Below, piece by piece: positions 50,153-62,959 of a stretch of 64,000 nucleotides of DNA. Source of the stretch: Yuukianura sp. NJ FZ-2021 (Eukaryota). The position numbers and the translations under genes are program-made. Where the stretch lies: NCBI GenBank assembly GCA_046563655.1, contig CM102286.1:9982001-10046000 (forward strand). The letters run 5' to 3'. Each line of letters starts with the position of its first letter. Positions within the stretch are counted from its first letter, which is position 1. A model generated the notes under the pieces. It searched no databases. It was not told the origin of the DNA and worked only from the letters and a program-made list of their open reading frames with translations.

Positions 50153-51635
50153 AGTAATACACTCTGGGGAATTTCTTTTTTACCCTGGTGAGCTTCACCA
50201 ACGCGAAGCTATGTTAACATCACTTCCAACGCTTGCCCTTCACGGCATTGCGAAAAAGTGGATTATATCCTACAAAATTATAACACCATCTGCAACATTA
50301 GGACCCAGGTTGACTGCGATAAGCTCGTCTGCGACCGTTTCAGAAAAGCCGTTGTTGTTTGGAATCCAGATACTTCAAACCGCTCTGTAAGTTCAGATGA
50401 AACACCACAAACGTCTCATGATACATCGCCAATGCCAATCGCGACATGGACTCCACTCTCCACAACACCTACGCCCATAACAGAATTCAAGAACAATAGT
50501 AATCATGTCGAGCTAAATGACGTTCAAATAAACGCCATTAGAGCAACATTCAACAGCTCCACAAGATTTAGACCTCAGAACGAAATGCGACGTGGAAATA
50601 TCACTGTGGTGAAAGCGCACTGTGAATTTGCATTCAAGTTACTATCAGAATGAGCGGGCCGTGTTGGAAGAGTTAGTGTCAGATGTTGATTTATGCCGAC
50701 AAATTCATCGATGCACAGAAAATCAAAGCGCCTGCGCCGATGTTAGACCTGTCAGAACTACTTCAATTCAACATATACTTCATATTGCGACGTCACCTGC
50801 TCTGAATTAAACGACTCATGCTTCATATGCATTTTTCGAAAAATTTTCGCCGGGATCCTTTTGGCGATTGGCATCGTAGCAGTAGTCGCCTTTTCTCCAA
50901 AAACCATTAAACTAGTTAATAGGCCAAAAAGCGACCCTACTGCTACTACGACAGCAACTACAACTACTACTACGCCAGCATCGACAACAACCACTCAACC
51001 TTGCACTACTGCAACAACCACGTCAAAACCCTTTTTACAAATGGAGTACGAAAATGCGTAAAATCATTTCCAGCGTACTAACCATTCGAGCCACCTCAGT
51101 AGAAGCCGCAAGAGGATTTTCTGACCTGGGATGCGTAACAGGCAAAAGGCGAACGAGACTTTATTGGACGACTGTTCACAATTTCTTGAAGATAAGGTAA
51201 TGCGATTACAAAAATCTTTAGTTGCTAAAACATGTTACATACTGTTGTAGGTACAACATCCCTGAAGACTTATCCAAGTGGAACTCCATTTACTAGATTA
51301 TCTCATTGCTTAAGCACGGCCACTGCTTATTGGACAACCCAAGCTGCCTGAAGCCTGGAAGGAAAAGCCAGGACTCCGGCGTGTCATATGCGCAGAATGT
51401 CAGCATTGTTCGGAAGTGATTGAGTTTAAAAACTCACTACCAGGAAGATAAATATTAGACACGTTAAACAATGCAGTAGAAATAATAGAGCTTTAAGAAG
51501 CTGTACTTCTGTCAAATTAGAAGGTTAGGTTACATGACCCTTGACCTCAAGGGTGCTACTAAAGCAAATTCTGGCATAACAAGTCAACTGAGTGTATACA
51601 AAAATTTACATTGAAAAAACAACTAGTAAAAAGGA

Positions 51636-52425
51636 TGTTATGGGATTTAAAAGTCGAGTTCTAAATCATAAGCTTTCACTTGATTTACGCGTGTGAAATG
51701 GTCCTAATGCATATGAAAACGAGCTACCGATACTGCTGTTAACAAAAACTAATGCCTGTCAAGAATTTTAAAGTTTTAAATCAATTTGGGCACTGTAATT
51801 CCAGAATAGCCTTTCCCTATTAACGTACATAACCTAATCATTGTAAGTTTGCCTCACTGCGAAAGCCTGTGGAACAGTATGGCTTCCACTAGTACCTGTA
51901 AACCATCTACGAGTACTACACAGTTTGACAACGTCTATAAAAAGAGTTCAACACTCTATTCGTAGTTGCATTAGAGGGCATAGGGAAACTAACGCTCAAG
52001 TCACCAGCAATCAGAGATTGCTGTTGGCTTGAACATGGTTTTAGATTAAAAAGTTACAAAGTTTCACAAATTAGACAAAAATTAGGCAAAGTACTGAATG
52101 ATACTGGCCAAAGCGTTTTAGCGTGGCAACAGACTTTTACGTCTATAAATATAGGCTGCAAGTGTGCTGCTCCTCGATCATTTCCTTCAGTTAAAATTTC
52201 GAGTAAGATTTCGTCTTTGTAAAATTCAATTTTGTAAATTTCGAAAAAATTAAGTTCTCAAATTCTAAGACAAATAAAGTTCTAAAATCAAAAACTTCTG
52301 TCATCCTTCACTCTCCAGACCAAAGGAGCCTTCAGGAGAAGTTGACTGTTCACTGCCCTTTCACGGCCATCGCTTTTGAGTTGGATTCCTTCGTTAAAAC
52401 CAGTAAATCGTAAGGTATATCACAA
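51636..52425 (+). mobile_element. Possible LTR followed by a GC-rich leader
   Basis: TGTTATG...CACAACA, TATAAATA near 52144, AATAAA near 52273; partner LTR not found. Confidence 0.3.
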
Positions 52426-53841
52426 CAATTAAACCAGTAGTGGATTGAAGGGACAAGGGACTGGGACTGGGCGGGTGCAGGACCTGTCAGTTCCTGGGCG
52501 GGTTTTCTTACCCGCCAAAAGGTTAGGGCTTCCGCCCCCGGATTTCCTTTCGTGTTCCTAGCACCTCCGGCGCGGGCAGTCCCGACTGACCCAAGGAGGT
52601 GGGGTACACATTTAAGTGGCCCCTTTCTTGTCCGTTCAGCGTCTCCACTCCGCGCCACCGACGCGGGTAGTCAGTGACTGCCCAAAGTGGCGAAGTGGGT
52701 CTGCTGACCGGTTCTTCAGACCCCTTAAGGGTCAAACTTCAATTCCTACAAAAAATAATTGGCCTTTTCAGCGCCAAGTGACCACGCCCCTTCAATAAGT
52801 GGTCATCAGGATAGGGCACTTCGAAGTGACCCTTTGACCTTGGTGACCCTTACAGAGGAAGTAAGAGAATCTTCAAATTAAACTAATGGGGTTCTCATCA
52901 GAGCCGAAAAGGAAATAAATCTTGTGTCGCGACGTCAAAGTTGACACTTTTTGATCTTTACAAACCCGATCAATGGATTTACAAAAAATGATTTTCTGTA
53001 GCTATTCTGCCTATACAAAGTAGTTCTGAAGACAAAGTTACAAAGTTCTAAATAAAAAGTAAAATAAGTTTTTAACTAGGGTATTTTATTACGTTGTGTT
53101 GCTTCTTCAAATATTACACAATACTTTCGAAATTCAAATTGCAGGTAGTAGATTTTCAAGGTAGGAGTAACGCCAAGAGGTGGGAGAAAGTAGAAGGGTT
53201 AAGCCACAATTAGTTCAATCAGTATTTTGAATTAGTAAATTGATTTGAAAAATTTTCTTTGAAATAATCTGAAAAACACCTTGGCACAGTTTTTCAAAAT
53301 TTGTAAATTCGATTACATTCATAGATGAACTTATGCCCCCCCCCTCTATAAAATTTGTGAGATTAAGAGAAGAGAATGCAGCTTGGCTTCGATGATTTTA
53401 AAAACTAATTGAAGGCAGACTAATTCTAATAATCTCTGCCCCATAGCTCAAATTTTTTCAGATTTGAAATCTGTATTTGAAAAATTCAATTCAAAAAAGA
53501 AAATTTGTTGTTTCCTCAAAAAATCTTAATAAATGTTATTTTAGCCTAAAAAAACAAACATGATACATTTTGAAAAAACGTTTTCAAAAGGTTTTCTGAA
53601 AAATTGAGTTTAAGACAAAGCGTCAAACGCGTCTAGACTCCCCACCATTATCACCAAGCGAAGAATTATTGAAAATTGATATCAGTTGCTGGATTTGTGC
53701 TGCAACTTTGTCTGATTTCACAAACCCATATATTTTAAGTTGAAGATCTTAAAAGTTTTAACTTCTTTAGAATCTTTTAAAAGTGTGTGACTTCCAAATT
53801 GTTCATGTCAATAACAAGGTAGCTTAGCCAACACAAGTAGG

Positions 53842-55025
53842 ATGCCTGTCGCTACTTGTAGTTTGTGTAAATTTTCTATTGTGGACTACAATCCTGCTTT
53901 CGTCGACGTTTCCGGAGCGCACGCATCAGTGTGGGTAACCGAATGTTACCATACTTTTTCACTGGTGAGTTTCTGGAAATATCTTTTGAAAAAAATAACT
54001 TTCTAGTTTTAAGGTAAACTAAGTCGATATTTTTGTTTAGGAGATGCTTGATGAAAAAAATCATTGCGGTGGGAACTGTTAACGGTGTGAACATTATGGA
54101 ACAGCGCAGAAGGTTGACCTCTTTTATATAAGTTTATCGCTCTAGTACGGTTAGTTAATTCAAGCAAATGTTTTTTAAGCACTCCGTGTCCATTTCCGGT
54201 ACCAATCCTGAAGTGTGGGGCACCAATTCTCTCCAAGGCACACGAGGTCAAAGGATTCCGTGTTATACTCAATTATGGGGCGGGTGATTACTTGATTGTG
54301 AGGTTAGTAAATTCTTTCAATTAGTTGTTTTATTTATGCATAATGTTTTAAAAACAAACTTTTCCTAAAAAAAACTTTTTTTTAAGCCAAGCCATGAATG
54401 CCGTCACAAGTGCTATGCAGCTAACGTGCAGACGAGTTGAGGAATTGAACGGGAAATTGGATCCGTAAGTTAGGTTTAAAATTCAATTTTTGCAACTTTT
54501 CCAAAGAAAAATTTCTGAAATTTGTTATGATTTTTTAGGGAAACTCAACTGGCTGAAATTACTAGATTGAGAGGGGAGTTGGAGGCACGGGTGCGCGGCA
54601 CTTCGATAATTGAAAGAAAGTTGAAACAAGATCATGAGAATGCCATCATAAGCAGGTCAGTTAAAATAACAAGTACGATATCCTTGAAATTTACTTGATC
54701 GTAATGACTTTGTTGACCTAATTATTTAAATTGTTTTAGAGAGAATCGAATTATAGAATTAAGCCGAAAGCATGAGCGTGAACTAACTGCAATTAAGTCG
54801 GCCTTTGAACGACTCATTCGATCTAGGTAATTTTTAAATTATTAAATTGCAAGTTAATTTATTAGTAACTAAATTTTGGTAAATTTTTGTTTTAGAAACC
54901 TGAGGACTACTATATTCTCGGGATTGCTGACAGCTAGAAGCAAAGGTGGTTCAGATCGTATTGAGGACGCTGTTGCCTTTGGTCCTATTACTTGTTACGG
55001 CCATAACACTACGACCCCAAAGTGA
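53842..55025 (+). CDS. RING-H2 plus coiled-coil protein (putative E3 ligase), 7 exons, ~242 aa, one extra T in a T-run
   Basis: Exons 53842-53964, 54041-54112, 54180-54302, 54387-54464, 54539-54655, 54740-54826 and 54896-55025. Removing one T at 53955-53959 gives MPVATCSLCK...TECYHTFHWRCLMK...TPCPFPVPILKC followed by a heptad-rich E/R/K/L region. Confidence 0.7.
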
Positions 55026-56712
55026 CCGCCGACCAAGCCACACCATTTCAAGGTCCACTAAGTGGACACCGAAGGGACACCCAGTCCCGCGGTCATGCTT
55101 TTTCCAGCAGCTTCTTTTTCTTCGAAAGAAGCAAAGGAACATTCTAGAAAAGAGTTGGAGTGTCACGGCTAATTAAGAGCCTGATCCTCCAACCCAAACT
55201 CACACCCGGCAACAAGCCAGGCTAAAACAAAAACCTGATTGAGACGGGGGCCTTGTCACCAAGGGCCCCGCTTCAACTTGTCAAAGAAAAGGACTCGCGT
55301 CCTTTTCCTCTTGGTCTGTCTCTGGCTTCGCGTTGTACTTCTTACTTCCTCCTGACCTAACTTAGCAGCCTCCAAAAGGGTAATCCTCGGACTCTCCAAG
55401 CCTAACCCAGCCGACCGGAACGAAGCCTCGAAAACCTACGCTCACCGGAGTTACAAAGGCCACTTACGACTCAGTCAGTACAGGTAAGTAGAACTTTCTC
55501 TCATTTTTTCTTTCCTACCTTTCTCATGTTTCTCCGGCCGACTCCGGTGCCCTCTTATCTCTCTCTCTTTTTTCTCATCCATGGTTGACCTAGACCGGGG
55601 TCATAGCATAGCGATTTCCTTTTACAAAAGAACGCTAACGTGGGGCCGGGACGGCCCCGTCAGGGCAGCCACCGTAACCTAGCGGTGGTAGCGTCAACCC
55701 TCCTCTTCGCCTCCCCACCATGACCTTAGGTGGAAGGGATCCAAACCCCTAGTGGGTCCTTGCCATGCCCTTTGGTGGGGCCCACGACTCGGAAGGGCGC
55801 CTTCGGGCGGAACTTCTGAGAGTTACTTTGTTTTCGGAGGTTTCCTGTGGGTGTATGGTGGGACCTCCCACCCAATCCTCGGGTGGGGCGGACCCTCCAC
55901 GGCAGGACGCCTCCGGCGACAGTGCTAGTGGTAGGTAGGTATCATACTCTTCCTCAAGCAGTTCAGGAAGGCTCAGGGCCCTTGGCCCCAATGCCATTGT
56001 TTGGAACATCTTTAGTACGACCGACCCTTCCGAAATTAGTGAGGGGAGTTTACCAACAAATCATCGCTTTGAGGACAAAGACGATGATGCGATCGACTTA
56101 TCCAAAAATTGAGTTTTTGGTAATTCAGTTACACACCACCCTAATTTAAAATGATGTTAGTCGCTATTAGATGTTTTCCTTCTTTCAATTGAAATGGATT
56201 TGAGCCGAGTCTGTTCGCAGAATAAAAGGAGCTACCTGTTTTGGATTTGAACTCAGTGGGTTTCACATATGTTTTTTGACAGTATCTTCGTGGTAACAAA
56301 ATTTCTTCTAAACAACAAAATGAGTTTGGGAGATTTGCCATTAGGAGCTACGTTTCTTTTAAAAAAGGAGCATAATCATATTTCGGTTAAGGACACATTT
56401 ATTCTTGATTATTTTGGATGAAGGTTTGTGAAGTTGTAGAGTCGTGAGCTCTTGAACCGTGGAAATCCATTTACTTGGGTCTATATGAAGCGGCTTCGAA
56501 AGACGACTAATTTTGAAGCTCGGAACATTCCCTATGCGATGCGCCGTCTCAACAACATTTATCTGCGATCAGACAGGGGAGAGGTTAGAAAATTCGCTGA
56601 CTGCGTTCAAAACTGTTTAAACGAACTGGAATCAACCGACGAAAAACGTTTAAAGTCAAATTATCCTCTAACATTTTAGTTTCGCTAATTGTTGTTCTTT
56701 GAGACTGACAGA

Positions 56713-58036
56713 CATGGCAGCAGCATCAAAGACATCATTGGCTGATCTTCTGAAGTTACGTCAGAGCTTTGGCTACAAATCCTGATGCACAACAGGGTCA
56801 TCGCCATTTGCAATAAACAGACACCAAATCCAACAATCAAAACCGCACAACGGGAACTGATCAGAGTCAGGAATGACATGCTACACAACAAAATCATCAT
56901 CGCCACGACTAACGATGAAGAAATTAAAGATCATTCAAAGACGCACATAGAGTTTGTCACAATGATTGGAACCATGAATGAAAAGCTGATGTCACTTCAG
57001 CCAGTACCAACTCCATGCTCAGTACTCGCTCAATCAGTTTCGCCATCATCCACACTACCACATCTTCATCATGTCAACACCTAATTTCCAAAGATGAGTC
57101 TACCAACTTTCAAAAGAAAGTATGAAGACTGGCTGACATTTCGAGATCTATTCCGCAGCACAGTCATATCCAACACAACCTTACCAAACAGCGTCAAAGT
57201 TCTGGTACCTCCACTCCGCTCTCAAGGGTGAAGCCGGTAAAACCATCAAAGGTACTCCAATTTCCCATATCAACTTCCCAGGAGCATGGAAGCTGATGGA
57301 GGAACGGTACCATAACAGAAGAGAACTCATCTTTACATTGATTGAGAAACTGATTAATTTTCCGAAACTGAAGCAAGAAAATGCTGCACAGTTAAGGAAA
57401 TGAATTGACTGTTTCAATGAGGCAATTACACAGTTGGAAACACTTAACGAGCCAACAGAACACTGGGATTCCATCGTCGTCTATCTTCTCAAGGAAAAAA
57501 TGGATCCAGACTGCCGTCGTGACTGGAGCAAGCAAATAAAGGGCTCTTCCGAAATTCTCTGAGACAAAGGAATTTCTGTAAAATTATATCCGAGGACTCG
57601 AATCCACTGAATTTTTATCGTCGTTCGGATCATCCAGTCAAAGCAAGGCTCACTCCAGTTCCACTGAAAGTAAGCCAAATGAACAATCACACAAGTTCAC
57701 ATGTCCGCATTGTCAAGGTGAACATGGTTTGTTCAAGTGTGACAAAATGGATACAGTTAAGTGTGAAAGACTCGATAGAACAAGGAATACATCAACTCCT
57801 TACAAGAAAAATACAAATGGAGAAGTCCAAACCGAAATCTTGCCATCGGTGACTTGCTCATCATCGAAGCAGATGACACTCCACAACTCAAATGGCGCAT
57901 GGGCACAGTCATGAAAACGTATCCTGGTCCAGATGGACTTGTTCGTGTCGTCAAACTGAAGACGAACAAAGATTCAGTCAAACCTTCAGTCTCCAAGGTC
58001 TGTGTTCTGCTTTGGATCAGAAGATCCAAAGAGTGA
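56713..58036 (+). mobile_element. BEL/Pao retrotransposon remnant (gag joined by deletion to the integrase C-terminus)
   Basis: LPTF...YEDWLTFRDLF...YLHSALKGEA...AWKLMEERY.N (DUF1759-type gag), CPHCQGEHGLFKC knuckle, GDLLII.AD.TP.LKW.MG.V...YPGPDGLVRVV. Confidence 0.9.
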
Positions 58037-58225
58037 TGATACTGCTATTTATCGACTTAAACGACAACCATCCCGTTAGTCAATTCGCAAATCACCATTT
58101 TTACCAAGTTTGGATATCAAATTAAGTTTAATTCTAATCATACATACTGTTTGGGTGAAATGACAGTTTCATTCTTATATGGGTGTGTCGGGTTGAGTCG
58201 ATACCAGTGAGGAAGCGGTTTTCTT

Positions 58226-61056
58226 TGTAGCGTCTCGCACCGCTACTCACCAGAAATCTGGCCGCAGCCACGCCCTCAGACTCTCAATCACTGATCAGCA
58301 GATCCCACAACTGCCCAAAGACCAATAACTCACCAAAACGCTGCCAACAACAATCAGTGAATAAATGTATGAAAATATATTTATTCACTGGAATAAATAA
58401 ACAACTGAAAAACACTGATGACTACATCATATATACAACTGATCTCCTCCTCCTCTAACAACCAAAACCAGACTGACTAACTCTATACAAAACTCCTATC
58501 CTCGCTCGCTCCTCGCCTCATCTCAAATCTACCGCGAGCCACATCATCATCTCAACCTGCCCCTACTATAACACTACACTAACGCTATGGGCGAGCAGGC
58601 GTCTCACGTTCCCCCTTCCGATGGATGGCGTTCCAGTCGAACCACGGGCGACATCCAACTGCAGCAGCTCCGCAGACGACTGCTACTCCCGGATCTCTGC
58701 AACTCCATCTCCATCGGCATCATCCTCACCGTCATCTCATCATGGACATCAGCGGAGTCTTCATCATAGTAATCGTCAACCGCAGCATCGGATTCCTCCC
58801 TGATGATCCATCACGTCAACACTTGCACTTTCACTAATTTTTCTCAAAATAAACTGGATTGGAGCCCATAAATGGACTCCACTGTCACTGCATTTCCACA
58901 AATTTGCGACTCCACCTTCCATCACTTTATACGGGACAGTGAGACCCCCAACAGTCGAAATTGTAGACAATGAGCACCACAACAACACAAACACTTTGAA
59001 GCCAATGACTTGACTCCCTTACGCTGCTACAGATTCTGAGTCCTCCTTCCTTCACTTTACGGGACAGTGAGACCCAACGACTCATAATTTGTAGACAGAA
59101 CCGCAGCACTTCAACAAATAAAAAGCCAATTAATTCACTTGTACACACTTACAAAAACTTTTTTCATTTTTTCATTATTTAATCTTTTTTAGGGGAAAAG
59201 ACCCTGAATACACATAAATTTCAATAATTTCACTCTCCTGCACTGCGACAAATTCTGTGTTCCTCCTTCCTTCACTTTACGGGACAGTGAGACCCTCAAC
59301 AACACAGAACTTGAAGCGAAACAATCCAATTCAACTGATTTTTTCCAATAATTTCACTTCACTACACTTGCACTCACTTTTCATGTTTTGATTTTTGAAT
59401 TCGGAGGGATTAAGACCCTTAGTTTAGTTTTTAGCACCGTAGCACTATTAAGCTCATGATTTTGAGCTAGAGTAACGCCGCACTTCAGCAACGTGGCCGG
59501 GCAAACGCTCTCTTCTTGATTTTGAGGGATTAAGACCCTCCGTAGCAATTTTTTGTAAAAGCTCACTGTTTGGAGCTAGAGTAACACTGCACTTCAGCAA
59601 CGTGGCCGGGCGAATGCTCTCTTTAATGTGACCTCCTTGGAGACCTACATTCTGCAGTATGCCACCTTCATGGTCATACAAATTTTTACTAACAACACTT
59701 ATCACTTCACTTCTCACTGCACATTTGACTTCCTTTTTCCTATGCAGAGGATCCCGCAGTCTCCTCCACTAACTTCCCCGAACCACTATATACACATAAT
59801 TGGAGCTGCTAAAACGCAGCTCCATAAGCACTCACACCAATAATAATTTTAACTATTCACAAACTTTTTACAATGAGTGATTCACAACACTCTATTTCCA
59901 CTATGACAAAAACTTCCACCATGATTTCCACAAAAACCACTTCTTCCATAAATTTTTCTTAAATTGGAGCCAACTGGGTTGACTCCTGTGCCACTTGAGC
60001 AATTTCTATGATTTTTTAGATTAACACTTTCGTCACACTTCATTTTATCACTTTTTAAAATTTTGAATTCACTTTGTCACAACTTTGACATTTTTGGATC
60101 ACTTCAACCGCACAATCACTATCACAATCACTTATTTACATCACATATATACACTACTGCCTCCTTCTTCAGCGCGGCAGACTTTGGAACTAACAACATC
60201 GTTGGTGCTGAAGTGAAGTGCACATTTTCCAGGGCCGAAATGAGCGCCTGTGTGGGATCACTTCCAACACTCATGATTGGAGCCACCGCAGCGACTCCAT
60301 GTTCTAACTTTCGAACTAACTTCTGCATGCTTTCCACTACCACATGCATTGCCGCAGCAACAATTTGTTTTTCATCACTTGTTTAGTACATTACCATGTT
60401 TCTTCTTACTTTTGGGATTTGCCCATATGCACTGTACACTTCACTAATTATCTTCTTTTTGATCATCGGTGACCTTTGACATGATTGGAGCCACTAATCG
60501 TGACTCCTAGACACTATGAAAGCCATCGCAATGACTCCATGCACTTCCACTTTTGATGAACAACCGCAGCTGATCATGATTTTTCACTATTTTTACCAAA
60601 ATTTCGGGTCAAACGCATTTGACCTTTAATGAGCTCACTGACCTTTGGTAGTTGTCTCACGAACGGTCGCCACTGTGTAGCGTCTCGCACCGCTACTCAC
60701 CAGAAATCTGGCCGCAGCCACGCCCTCAGACTCTCAATCACTGATCAGCAGATCCCACAACTGCCCAAAGACCAATAACTCACCAAAACGCTGCCAACAA
60801 CAATCAGTGAATAAATGTATGAAAATATATTTATTCACTGGAATAAATAAACAACTGAAAAACACTGATGACTACATCATATATACAACTGATCTCCTCC
60901 TCCTCTAACAACCAAAACCAGACTGACTAACTCTATACAAAACTCCTATCCTCGCACGCTCCTCGCCTCATCTCAAATCTACCGCGAGCCACATCATCAT
61001 CTCAACCTGCCCCTACTATAACACTTCACTAACGCTATGGGCGAGCAGGCGTCTCA
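58226..61056 (-). mobile_element. Young complete non-autonomous LTR retrotransposon (2831 bp; LTRs 58226-58606 and 60676-61056)
   Basis: 381-bp LTRs with only two substitutions seen; 4-bp TSD TCTT; on the minus strand PBS TGGCGACCGT and PPT GGAAGGGGGAA; LTR termini TGAGACG...CTACA; no gag/pol motifs. Confidence 0.95.
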
Positions 61057-62959
61057 TCTTTCAGATTTAAAATAGCATAGTCAAATGCTTCCGAACTGGC
61101 TTTTGACTCAAGCCCGAACCACAACAATACACTTTTACACTAGTTCTTATGGGAAAAATGAGTTGTGTATACTTTTTGTCTTTTAGTATCATTCATTCAT
61201 TCAGAAGTCTTCTGCTGCATCTCTTTGGTTTAAGACCATAATGTTAAGAATAGAATTTTCTTTTCCTCTCAAGTATAACTGTAATTCGATTAATTAGGAA
61301 GATAAACTATTAAAAACCTAAATCATCTTCGGATTCAATTCAGAACCAGCCCTCAATTCAGTACACATTCAAACTCAAAAGTGCAATCTTCATTCATCTT
61401 GGATCTGTGCCCTAAATTTTTCCTGCTGTCTGTCAACCTTTCAACAATTTCAAGCAAACGGCAAAACCTGTCAGCTCCAGCAGGAGAGGGCCTAACCGAT
61501 TTTGAGAGGCGCTTTCTTTCAAAATATTCCCTGCACAGATCCTGGATTCATGTGGTTTTATTGTTCAATTTTATTTTTTGGAAAAATTGGACTCAGGTCT
61601 AAATTGGTTAGGTTAGGTTATGGCATGTTGGCTTTGTTGGCTAGGCATGTTGTGGCTTTTTACCACATATTTTAAAATAGTAAGATGTGCCACATAGGTT
61701 TTTAGAATGAGCGTTTACTTTTGAGCGTTTTAGGATAGACTAAGTGTTGACTTTTAGCCTTAGGTTATATGTAGCGACTCAACGGTCAAAAAAGAACAAA
61801 ACATCAACACAACATCGCAATAGCATATAGTATATAGGGAAAATGTTGACTTTGTCGGTTTCAGGCTAAAATCACAAAAGCACAAAACATTAAAAAAAAC
61901 TACTCAGTTTTACTAAAGGAATATTTCAAAAAAAATTGTAAAAATTTCATTTGAAAATGTCGTGACAAAGAAGAGCGCAGGCGAGCAAAAAAAAAACTTT
62001 TTTTTAAAAATTTTAAAAATTATGCGGTAATCCCCAACCTCTTACTCGATAGACCTTGAGGATGGCCATCTTGTTTGCAAAATGTGCAAAATCTATGTTT
62101 TCAAAATTTTGCATTTTTGGCAACATCGAAAGAAACAGTGACTGTAGTTAATTTTTGACATTTGACCTTGACCTCGACGTTGTAGCGGATTGTGGTTTGT
62201 CAGTTTTACTAAGTTTCTGCAGAAAATTGGCTTGAGATTTTAGATGTATCAACGCCATCAACTATCAACATGTTTTCAAAAGAATAAGGTGCAAGCTAAA
62301 CGTTTGGCGACATAGTCCGAGGGAGAGGGTAGAAAGAAAAATAGTTTTCAGTTTCTTTCAGGGTACGCCTGATAAAAGTTTCGCTGCGTAAGTTTCACGA
62401 TAGTTTCCTGAAAGTTTCAACCGGGAAAGGAGCGCGTGCTCCTTTCAGCTTTTTATAAAAAGCTTATAACGACATAATGTCGTTGTCGCATATGCAGTTC
62501 CCTCTCTTTTACTTTTAATCTTTTCTTCTTTTTGCCTTGCCTGTAGTTCAGAATCATACTGCGTGCTGATTTACACTTATCACAAGTAAAGTTGTACTAA
62601 CTTTTACTTTAAGCGTTCCAATAATTAAAACTATCGGAATGCCAAGACAAAAGGATCCCATCTGGGATAAATTTGACCGATTACCTAATCCGGTGGGTGG
62701 CAAAGACCTTTTCTCGAAACGTTCGGAAACTTTCAAACGAGCGCTCCTTTCGCGAAAGTAGCGCTCTTTTCCGAACCCTGGTTTCTTTTTAGCTGCAGTT
62801 TTTATTACCTCAGAGCTGTTTAAAGTTCTTGCCATTTTGTATTGGCATTATCAGGGGTCAAGTCCCTTGATTTGTGACCAGCGCCACCATTCTAGAGCTT
62901 CACCTTCCATCGATTGATGGAAGTTGTTTTATTGTTATTTTTAACAGAATGAAATTACT

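Noticed and set aside
47150..50390. JmjC/cupin-like gene split by the LTR element (LRLL|VIHSGEFLFYPGELHQ)
   Set aside because: The frame is continuous across the TSD, but the motif match is too short and the flanks are full of stops, so the family cannot be supported.
50818..51450. Signal-peptide plus Thr-rich mucin-like ORF
   Set aside because: Low complexity with frameshifts and stops; no coherent gene model could be built.
52885..52915. Hammerhead ribozyme core (CTGATGA on the minus strand; another on the plus strand near 30703)
   Set aside because: No correctly placed stem II plus GAAA and closing helices were found by eye.
60063..60386. ORFs inside the 58-61 kb LTR element as gag remnants
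   Set aside because: No gag, protease or RT motifs; the recurring GVAAVAPI-type peptide is simply the translated hairpin motif.
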